In this document: one piece after another, positions 57,417 through 64,000 of the stretch
Layout: each line of letters begins with the position of its first letter
How positions within the stretch are numbered: position 1 is the first letter of the stretch
Source of the DNA: Alphaproteobacteria bacterium
GTDB taxonomy: Bacteria > Pseudomonadota > Alphaproteobacteria > UBA11136
Length of the DNA: 64,000 nt
Reading direction: 5' to 3'
Assembly: GCA_016776635.1 (NCBI GenBank)
Contig: JADHSZ010000007.1
Span: 1,066 to 65,065 of the forward strand
The notes under the pieces: model-generated
What the model saw: only the letters and a program-made list of their open reading frames with translations
Told to the model about the DNA's origin: nothing
Databases searched by the model: none
Translations under genes and position numbers: made by a program

Positions 57417-58733
57417 TTATCCGGCAGGCCCCATCAAACCGTCGGGCAGCGCCGTGGCCAGTTGCGGATAGAGACAGAGCAACACGATCCCCGCCGCCAT
57501 ACACAGCATGAAGGGCCAGGCCCCGCGCAGCACCGACTCGCGCGGCACCGCCGGGGCCAGGGCGTGCACCACCTGAAGGTTGAGCCCCACCGGCGGTGTG
57601 ATGAGGCCGATCTGCATATTGAGGGTCATCATCACCGCCAGCCATACCGGATCGAAACCGGCATCCACCGCCAGGGGGATGAGCAGGGGCACGGTCATGA
57701 GAATCACCGCCACGGGGGGCAGGAAACATCCCAGCGCCAACAGCACAACGTTGATCCACAGGATCAGGGTCCAGCGCCCGAGATCCATATCCACCACCCA
57801 CAGCGCCACCGCCTCGGGGATGGAAAGCTCCAACAGCATGGAGCCGAACATGGCGGCACCGGCGATAATCATCAGGATCATCACCGATTCCCGCGTCGCG
57901 GCGCGCAGGATGGAAAAAAGATGCCCTCTCTGGCGCAGGCCATAAAGGGTGACCACCAGGGCGAGGATAAGAATGGCTCCCACCCCCGCCGCCTCCGAGG
58001 CTTCCACCACCCCCTTCACCAGAACCACCACCACACCGGCCACCACGGCCAGGGCGGGCAGCAGGCGCGGCAGGGTATGGAGCCGCTCGGCCAGGCTATA
58101 GCGCCGTACTTCGCCGTGGAAACGCTCGCGGCCGCCGTAAAGAAGCGCCAGCGATACCGCCATGAACAGCACCAGCAACAACACCCCCGGCACCAGACCG
58201 GCGAGGAACAGGCGGCCGATATCGGTATCGGTGGCGATGCCGAACACCACCATGGTGAGGCTCGGCGGAATCAGGATGGCCAGGGTGCCCGACGCCGCCA
58301 GCGAGCCCGTGGCCATGTCCTGGGGATAGCCGTCCGCCAGCATGCCGGGCAGTTCCTCGCGTCCGATCCCGGAAACCGTGGCCGGCGAGGAACCCGACAA
58401 ACCGGCGAAGATTCCCGCCGCGCCGATGCCCGACAACACCCGCCCGCCGGGGAAGGGATGGAGCCAGCGCTTCACCGCTTCGCTGATATCACTGCCCAGA
58501 TGCGAGGCCGAGGCCGCCGCCCCCATCAGCACGAACATGGGGATCGCCACCAGGGTGAACTCCTCCAGGGAACCGAAAAAGGTGGCCGCCACCGAGGCCA
58601 GCTCGCCGCCTTCCCCCACCCAATAGAGAAAGATCGCTGCCACCCCGCCGAGCGCAAAGGCCACCGGCACGCCGATGGCAAGCACGGCCAGGGTCACCAC
58701 GGCGATAACGGCGCCAAGAGCCAGGGTGGTCAT
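57417..58733 (-). CDS. dctM: TRAP transporter large permease (DctM family)
   Basis: MTTLALGAVIAVVTLAVLAIGVPVAFALGG... 438-aa polytopic protein. The ATG at 58733 overlaps the dctQ stop as ATGA. The upstream 192 codons of the track ORF are Arg/Gly junk. Confidence 0.85.
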   Translation of the reverse strand: MTTLALGAVIAVVTLAVLAIGVPVAFALGGVAAIFLYWVGEGGELASVAATFFGSLEEFTLVAIPMFVLMGAAASASHLGSDISEAVKRWLHPFPGGRVLSGIGAAGIFAGLSGSSPATVSGIGREELPGMLADGYPQDMATGSLAASGTLAILIPPSLTMVVFGIATDTDIGRLFLAGLVPGVLLLVLFMAVSLALLYGGRERFHGEVRRYSLAERLHTLPRLLPALAVVAGVVVVLVKGVVEASEAAGVGAILILALVVTLYGLRQRGHLFSILRAATRESVMILMIIAGAAMFGSMLLELSIPEAVALWVVDMDLGRWTLILWINVVLLALGCFLPPVAVILMTVPLLIPLAVDAGFDPVWLAVMMTLNMQIGLITPPVGLNLQVVHALAPAVPRESVLRGAWPFMLCMAAGIVLLCLYPQLATALPDGLMGPAG

Positions 58734-59260
58734 GGCGCATCCTCCCCGGTTTCTTCCGCTTGTGCCGGGAACGGCGCTTCCATCCCCTGAGCCAGGCTCA
58801 CCACGTTGGCCAGATATTGCAGGGACAGCACCGCCAGTCCGAAGGGCAGCGAGAGATAGGGAATCCACAGGGAAATGCCCCAGGCCATGTCCGAGGTCCA
58901 ATGCTCGCCATAGGCCTCGCGCCACAGGTCGAGCCCGTCCCAGGCCAGCACCAGACAAAAGGCCAGGGAAAACAGCGCCGCGGCCAGGGAAAGCAGATGC
59001 CGGGCCTTCGGCGTCAGACTGGCGGGCAGCACGGCGACACGGATATGGCCGCGGGTCTGCATCACGTAGGGCGCGCCGACGAAGGCGATGGCGATCATGA
59101 AATAGGTGGCCACCTCGCTCTGCCAGGTGGTGAACTCGCCCATGCCGTAGTGCTGGATCACGAGCTGGCACAGCACCAGCATCACCGCCACCACCATGCA
59201 TGCGGCGAGCCAGCCGCAGAAATTCGATAATTTCGTCACCGCCCGGATGAAGCCCGGCAT
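58730..59260 (-). CDS. dctQ: TRAP transporter small permease (DctQ family)
   Basis: The ATG at 59260 gives MPGFIRAVTKLSNFCGWLAACMVVAVMLVLCQLV... 176 aa with four TM helices. Confidence 0.8.
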   Translation of the reverse strand: MPGFIRAVTKLSNFCGWLAACMVVAVMLVLCQLVIQHYGMGEFTTWQSEVATYFMIAIAFVGAPYVMQTRGHIRVAVLPASLTPKARHLLSLAAALFSLAFCLVLAWDGLDLWREAYGEHWTSDMAWGISLWIPYLSLPFGLAVLSLQYLANVVSLAQGMEAPFPAQAEETGEDAP

Positions 59261-59560
59261 GGCGTCTCCCCTGCTGAACCTGAACCGCGGCGCGCCCTGA
59301 ATTGAGCAAAGCGCGTCACATCCCGGATAGTACCGATGATAGGCAACTGCGCGCCGCCCCGCACCCCTCTTTTTTCGTGAAGCCCGCCTTTCTTTGCGCG
59401 CCGTGGCCGGTAATTCCCCCATTGCCTTTATCACCTGCATCCATACTGCTTTGCCGCCCCCTCCCTCCGCCATAACCGCCACTCGGTGTTTACGGGAAGG
59501 AACAACGCTGTTTATAGTGACGGCCCCGGTAACGGAACCGGACAGGAAGCGCGGACGGAC

Positions 59561-60550
59561 ATGGAAAGTTTTCTCGCCATCGGCCTTATCGTCGGCAAGC
59601 TCGCCGTGGTCATCGCTATCCTTCTCATCCTGCCCATCCCCCTGACCTGGATCGAGCGTAAGATCGCGGGCCACATCCAACAGCGGCTGGGCCCCATGCG
59701 GGTGGGCTGGCACGGCCTGTTACAGCCCCTGGCCGACGGCATCAAGCTGTTGTTCAAGGAAGACCATATCCCTGTCGAGGCCGACCGTTTCCTCTTTACG
59801 CTGGCGCCCATCATCGCCCTGGTGCCGCCGTTCCTGGTCTTCGTGGCGATCCCCATCGGCGACAGCATCACCCTCTTCGGCACCGAGATCACGCTCTACC
59901 TCGCCGACATGAACGTGGGCCTGCTCTATATCCTCGCCGTGGCCGGGATCGAGGTCTACGGCGTGATTCTCGCGGGCTGGGCCTCCAACAGCAAATACGC
60001 CGTGCTGGGCAGCCTGCGCACCTGCGCACAGATGATCAGCTACGAGATTCCCATGGGGTTCTCGGTCATCGGCGTGGTCATGCTGGCCCAGTCCATGAGC
60101 CTGCTCGACATCGTCGAGTCCCAGGCCGGGCTGTGGAATATAGTCACCCAGCCGCTCGGCTTTTTCGTGTTTTTCGTCTCCGGTCTCGCCGAGGCCCAGC
60201 GCATCCCCTTCGACCTTCCCGAGGCCGAGGGCGACCTCGGCGCCGGATACCACACCGAATACAGCGGTATGCGGTTTTCCTTCTTCATGATCAGCGAATA
60301 CCTGATCGTGGTCTTCCTCTCGGCGCTTATGGTGCTTCTGTTTTTCGGCGGCTGGCACGGCATAGCGATGATTCCCCTGCCGCCGGTGGTGTGGTTCCTG
60401 CTCAAGCTCTCCTTCTTCATCTGGATGTTCATGTGGCTGCGCTTCACCTTCCCCCGCTACCGCTACGACCAGCTCATGAGCATCGGCTGGAAGGTGCTGT
60501 TGCCGCTGTCCCTGGCCAATATCCTGATCAGCGGAGTCTTTATGTTATGA
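59561..60550 (+). CDS. nuoH: NuoH/ND1-like membrane subunit of a complex-I-type module
   Basis: The ATG at 59561 gives MESFLAIGLIVGKLAVVIAILLILPIPLTWIERKIAGHIQQRLGPMRVGWHGLLQPLADGIKLLFKED.., ..YAVLGSLR..AQMISYEIP.., ..PFDLPEAE.EL.AGYHTEYSG... Confidence 0.9.
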   Translation: MESFLAIGLIVGKLAVVIAILLILPIPLTWIERKIAGHIQQRLGPMRVGWHGLLQPLADGIKLLFKEDHIPVEADRFLFTLAPIIALVPPFLVFVAIPIGDSITLFGTEITLYLADMNVGLLYILAVAGIEVYGVILAGWASNSKYAVLGSLRTCAQMISYEIPMGFSVIGVVMLAQSMSLLDIVESQAGLWNIVTQPLGFFVFFVSGLAEAQRIPFDLPEAEGDLGAGYHTEYSGMRFSFFMISEYLIVVFLSALMVLLFFGGWHGIAMIPLPPVVWFLLKLSFFIWMFMWLRFTFPRYRYDQLMSIGWKVLLPLSLANILISGVFML

Positions 60551-60575
60551 GCCGGAGCAAACGGAGAGACGGGAC

Positions 60576-61148
60576 ATGATCGCGAGAGTGGCGCAACGGA
60601 TGTCGGGCTGGATCGGCTGGGTCTTCTTCCTCGACCTGCTCGACGGCCTGTCCCTGACCCTGAGCTACATGTTTTCGAAAACCGTTACCGAGCGTTATCC
60701 CGATAACGAGAAATGGATGCCCTTCCCGCGCTACCGCGGTCACCATTTCCTCAAAAGCAACGCCGAGGGCAAGACCAACTGCGTGGCCTGTGAACTCTGC
60801 GCCAGGATATGTCCCTGCCGCTGCATCACGGTGGTGCCCCATGAGGACGAGGACGGCGAGCGCCACCCCCGGGTCTTCGAGATCAACCTCGGGCGCTGTC
60901 TCTATTGCGGGCTGTGCGAGGACGCCTGTCCCGCCGACGCCATCGCTCTGGGCCGCCATTACGAGTTCAGCGACTACGATAACAAGGCGCTGGTGGTGGG
61001 GCGTGACGCGTTGATGGCCATGCCGGGGAAGGCTGTGAGAGGGGGCGAGGTGGTGCCCGCCCGGCTTTCCACCGAGGACGGCGTCACCGTGCCCGCCATC
61101 GCCGGCGGCGAGGGCGCCGACTGGTGGCGCAACATCCGCCGCCGCTAG
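60576..61148 (+). CDS. nuoI: NuoI-like 2x[4Fe-4S] ferredoxin subunit
   Basis: CVACELCARICP and CLYCGLCEDACP motifs. ..TERYP... is N-terminal. A longer-than-usual C-terminal extension. Confidence 0.85.
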   Translation: MIARVAQRMSGWIGWVFFLDLLDGLSLTLSYMFSKTVTERYPDNEKWMPFPRYRGHHFLKSNAEGKTNCVACELCARICPCRCITVVPHEDEDGERHPRVFEINLGRCLYCGLCEDACPADAIALGRHYEFSDYDNKALVVGRDALMAMPGKAVRGGEVVPARLSTEDGVTVPAIAGGEGADWWRNIRRR

Positions 61149-61395
61149 AACATTTCACTACAGAGACAAATCAGAGACAAATCATTCCGGTCAAATGGTT
61201 TCCTGTTAGCCCTGAACCGCTCTAAACAAAAAATCGCCGGAATCTTTGTCAGCCCGTGCGTTTGACGGTTGATCCCGTGCACGCGCCTCTCTACAGTTTC
61301 CCCCGGCGCGGCTCGGGGGGGATGAGCCGGCCATGGCCCGAACGCCGCGCACCGATTCCGGAGCGGCGATCCGGATCGTCTTTCAGGGGGGGACG

Positions 61396-61896
61396 ATGGA
61401 AACGGCGTTCTTTCTTCTCTTCGCGGGCATGGCCGTGCTCTCGGCGCTGGTGGTGGTGGTCGCGCGGAACCCGGTCCACAGCGCGCTCTCACTCATGGTC
61501 TGCTTCGTCCAGATCGCCGCCCTCTTCATCCTTCTCGGCTCCCCCTTTCTCGCCGTCATCCAGATATTCGTCTATGTGGGGGCGGTGATGGTCCTGTTCC
61601 TGTTCGTGATCATGATGCTCGACGTGCGCAAGGACGTCCATGTGAGGTTCCGCGCCAGCGCTGTCCCGGCTTTGATCGTGCTCGTTATTCTCGGCGCCGA
61701 GATGCTGGCCCTGCTGTTGGGAAGCGGGCACATTCCGGCGCTTTCCGCCGCCGCTGGGCCGGACGTGGCGGGCAGCGTCAAGGAACTGAGCCTGACCCTT
61801 TTCGCCGATTACCTGCTTCCCTTCGAGGTCGCCTCGGTGGTTCTTCTCGTGGCCCTGGTGGGCGCCATCGTGCTGGCGAAAAAGGAGACCGGGTAA
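61396..61896 (+). CDS. nuoJ: NuoJ-like membrane subunit
   Basis: The ATG at 61396 gives [37 protein letters not shown]...[20 protein letters not shown]. Confidence 0.85.
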   Translation: METAFFLLFAGMAVLSALVVVVARNPVHSALSLMVCFVQIAALFILLGSPFLAVIQIFVYVGAVMVLFLFVIMMLDVRKDVHVRFRASAVPALIVLVILGAEMLALLLGSGHIPALSAAAGPDVAGSVKELSLTLFADYLLPFEVASVVLLVALVGAIVLAKKETG

Positions 61897-62198
61897 TGGT
61901 CCCCCTGTCGTGGTACGTGGCTCTTGGCGCGGGCCTGTTCGTGATCGGCGCGGCGGGCGTGCTGCTGCGGCGCAACGTTCTCGTGGTGCTCATGTCGCTG
62001 GAGCTGATGCTCAACTCGGCGAACATCAACTTCATCGCCTTCTCCCGTTTTCTCGGCGATCTCGGGGGGCAGGTATTCGCTATCTTCGTGATTACCGTCA
62101 CCGCCTGCGAGGTGGCTGTCGCCCTCGCCATCCTGGTCACCGTGCTGCGCAACAAGGCGACGCTCGAAGTCGATGAAATCGCCATCATGAAAGGGTAA
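61896..62198 (+). CDS. nuoK: NuoK-like membrane subunit
   Basis: 100 aa. ..[22 protein letters not shown]...[15 protein letters not shown]... Its start overlaps the nuoJ stop by 1 nt. Confidence 0.88.
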   Translation: MVPLSWYVALGAGLFVIGAAGVLLRRNVLVVLMSLELMLNSANINFIAFSRFLGDLGGQVFAIFVITVTACEVAVALAILVTVLRNKATLEVDEIAIMKG

Positions 62199-62202
62199 GG
62201 GA

Positions 62203-63711
62203 GTGGACGCCGCAGTATCCGCAGCATCCGCCGAGGCCGTCGAATCCGTCAGGCCGCTTCTCGCCGTCGTCGTGGCGTTGGCGGCGGCGGCGGCCATCCT
62301 CCTGCTCCATGGCCGTGACAACCTTCGGGACGCAGTCACCCTCTGCGCCTCCGTGGTCATGTTCCTCATCGTCGCCTCCATGGCGCCGGTGGTGCTGGCC
62401 GGGGGTACTATCGAATACAACATGTTCCAGATTCTGCCCGGCGCCGATTTCGCCTTCCGGGTGGATGCCCTGGGCATGGTCTTCGCCAGCGTCTCGTCCT
62501 TCCTGTGGATGGCGGCGGCGGTTTATTCCATCGGTTATATGCGGAGCCTGGAGGAACACGCCCAGACGCGCTTTTTCGCCTGTTTCGCGGTTTCCCTGGC
62601 GGCCGCGGTAGGCGGCGCCTTCGCCGCCAACCTGTTCACGCTGGTGATTTTCTACGAGGCCCTGAGCCTCGTCACCTATCCCCTGGTCTATCATCACGAA
62701 AACGAGGAGTCCTGGCACGGCAGCCGTACCTATCTGGTCTATCTGGCGGGCGCCTCGAAGACCGCCCTGCTCGCCGCCCTGGCGCTCACCTACTATCTGG
62801 CGGGGTCGTTCGATTTCGTGCCGGGGGGGCTGCTTAACGGGGTCACCGCCTCGCCGCTCCTGCTGAGCGTGGTCTATCTGTGCTATCTGGCGGGCTTCGC
62901 CAAGGCCGCCATCATGCCGCTGCATGCCTGGCTGCCCTCGGCCATGGTGGCGCCGACGCCGGTGAGCGCCCTGCTGCACGCGGTGGCGGTGGTCAAGATG
63001 GGCGTGTTCTGCGTGCTGCGGGTGATCTTCAACGTCTTCGGCGTGGATCTGATGGAGACTCTGAGTCTCGGCATCGCCACCGCCTATGTGGTCTCCTTCA
63101 CCATCATCACCGCCTCCATCTACGCCCTGACCCGTGACGACCTCAAGGCGCGGCTTGCCTATTCGACGGTGAGCCAGCTCTCCTACATCATCCTCGGGGC
63201 GGCCATGCTTTCCCCCGCCGCCATAGTCGGCGGCATCGTCCATATCGCCGGCCACGCCTTGTCGAAAATCACGCTCTTCTTCTGCGCCGGCTCCATCTAT
63301 TGCGCCTCGCGCCGCAAAAAGATCAGCCAGCTCGCCGGGATCGGCCACAAGCTGCCCTGGACCATGGCCGCCTTCTTCATCGGTTCGCTGGGCATGATCG
63401 GTGTCCCGCCCTCGGGTGGATTCATCAGTAAATGGTATCTCGTACTGGGGGCGGTGGAAGCCCACGAGCTGGTCTTCCTGGTGGTGCTGCTGGTGAGCAC
63501 GGTACTCAACGCGGCCTATTTCCTGCCTGTCACCTATACCGCCTTCTTCAAGAAGGAAAGCGCCGCGCGCGACCGCGCCGAGGGCGAGCCGAAGGAAATC
63601 CGCGAGATTCCCATGGTCGCCATACCCCTGGTGGTGACCGCCCTGCTGTCCCTGCTGATGGGGCTCTATCCCGGCTATTTCCTCACCTTGGCGCGGGGGG
63701 TGGTGGGATGA
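62203..63711 (+). CDS. Antiporter-like proton-translocating subunit (NuoN/NuoM / Mrp MnhD family)
   Basis: 502 aa, about 14 TM helices. ..FYEALSLVTYPLV.., ..PLHAWLPSAMVAPTPVSALLHAVAVVKMGV.., ..GFISKW... Confidence 0.8.
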   Translation: MDAAVSAASAEAVESVRPLLAVVVALAAAAAILLLHGRDNLRDAVTLCASVVMFLIVASMAPVVLAGGTIEYNMFQILPGADFAFRVDALGMVFASVSSFLWMAAAVYSIGYMRSLEEHAQTRFFACFAVSLAAAVGGAFAANLFTLVIFYEALSLVTYPLVYHHENEESWHGSRTYLVYLAGASKTALLAALALTYYLAGSFDFVPGGLLNGVTASPLLLSVVYLCYLAGFAKAAIMPLHAWLPSAMVAPTPVSALLHAVAVVKMGVFCVLRVIFNVFGVDLMETLSLGIATAYVVSFTIITASIYALTRDDLKARLAYSTVSQLSYIILGAAMLSPAAIVGGIVHIAGHALSKITLFFCAGSIYCASRRKKISQLAGIGHKLPWTMAAFFIGSLGMIGVPPSGGFISKWYLVLGAVEAHELVFLVVLLVSTVLNAAYFLPVTYTAFFKKESAARDRAEGEPKEIREIPMVAIPLVVTALLSLLMGLYPGYFLTLARGVVG

Positions 63712-63965
63712 TCGCGAAGATCGTCAATTTCTTCGGAGACCCGGCCTACAGGAAACGCCGCTGGCGGCTGTTCATTGTGGTTCTGGCGCTGGTTTTCGCC
63801 GCCGACTTTTTTGTGCCGCGCCATCATGTGGAATTTTTCTGGGACGCCATACCCGGCTGGGCGGCCGTGTTCGGTTTGGTCTCCTGCGTTCTCATCATCG
63901 TCGTCTCCAAGTTCCTGGGTCACCAGGGGGGGCTTATGAAGGACGAGGGCTATTATGATGAGTGA
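63708..63965 (+). CDS. Small membrane protein embedded between antiporter-like genes
   Basis: The ATG at 63708 overlaps the upstream stop (ATGA). MIAKIVNFFGDPAYRKRRWRLFIVVLALVFAADFF....WAAVFGLVSCVLIIVVSKFLG. Confidence 0.55.
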   Translation: MIAKIVNFFGDPAYRKRRWRLFIVVLALVFAADFFVPRHHVEFFWDAIPGWAAVFGLVSCVLIIVVSKFLGHQGGLMKDEGYYDE

Positions 63966-64000
63966 ATGGGTCCATCCGGGACTGCTCTTCATCCTCGGGG
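63954..64000 (+). CDS. Start of a further membrane-subunit gene, truncated by the window end
   Basis: ATGATGAGTGAATGGGTCCATCCGGGACTGCTCTTCATCCTCGGG translates to MMSEWVHPGLLFILG. It overlaps the preceding stop. Too short to classify. Confidence 0.3.

Noticed and set aside
56728-58790. Long ORFs 56728-57801 (-) and 57462-58790 (+)
   Set aside because: They are antisense to the DUF3750-like gene and to dctM respectively. Their Arg/Gly/His-rich composition contrasts with the clean TM pattern of the opposite strand.
58734-59713. N-terminal extensions of the dctM (630 aa) and dctQ (327 aa) track ORFs
   Set aside because: The extensions are Arg/Gly/Ala/His-rich and non-membrane. Internal ATGs at 58733 and 59260 give proteins of canonical size that start with TM helices, and the first creates an ATGA coupling.
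62185-63465. 426-aa minus-strand ORF
   Set aside because: It is antisense to the NuoN/MnhD-like membrane subunit. It is a hydrophilic Gly/Arg/His/Asp-rich shadow ORF.

Overview
This is a high-GC chromosome segment, most likely from an alphaproteobacterium. The main evidence is a circularly permuted two-piece tmRNA with an ANDN-type tag. Typical mreBCD-mrdA-rodA, leuA/ilvBNC, miaA/serC and hflKC synteny agrees.

Four blocks stand out:
- **1-6852:** a minus-strand cluster with a PAS/SARP-type regulator, a small ORF, a cupredoxin-like exported protein, two di-haem cytochrome c peroxidases, and a Tat-Rieske subunit plus an AioA-like molybdoenzyme. This composition matches the dissimilatory iodate reductase (idr) layout better than a classical arsenite oxidase locus. 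Its promoter region carries six perfect TGACAC hexamers, five of them phased at 11 bp.
- **7295-26214:** a visibly AT-richer integrative island of about 18.9 kb, inserted in tRNA-Lys(CUU) and bounded by a 46-bp direct repeat. It has a P4-type integrase, an AlpA-like protein, a P-loop helicase-like protein and iteron-like repeats. Its cargo is almost entirely envelope proteins.
- **15447-23760 (inside the island):** the most interesting object, a tightly packed eight-gene operon. It combines an ExbB/TolQ/MotA-type proton channel, two ExbD/TolR-like TM + coiled-coil + vWA proteins, a PEGA + cysteine-less FGE-fold protein, a TPR protein and lipoproteins. I cannot assign it to any characterised system. 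A translationally coupled YHYH/thermonuclease/HNH module sits next to it.
- **26.3-64 kb:** core housekeeping genes, an unannotated two-piece ssrA next to sspB, orphan TRAP dctQM, and a nuoHIJK + Mrp/NuoN-like module that lacks nuoA-G upstream.

All domain calls come from motif recognition by eye. No database search was run, and start codons are my own choices where stated. Many long ORFs in the track are antisense shadow ORFs of the high-GC genes and were rejected.
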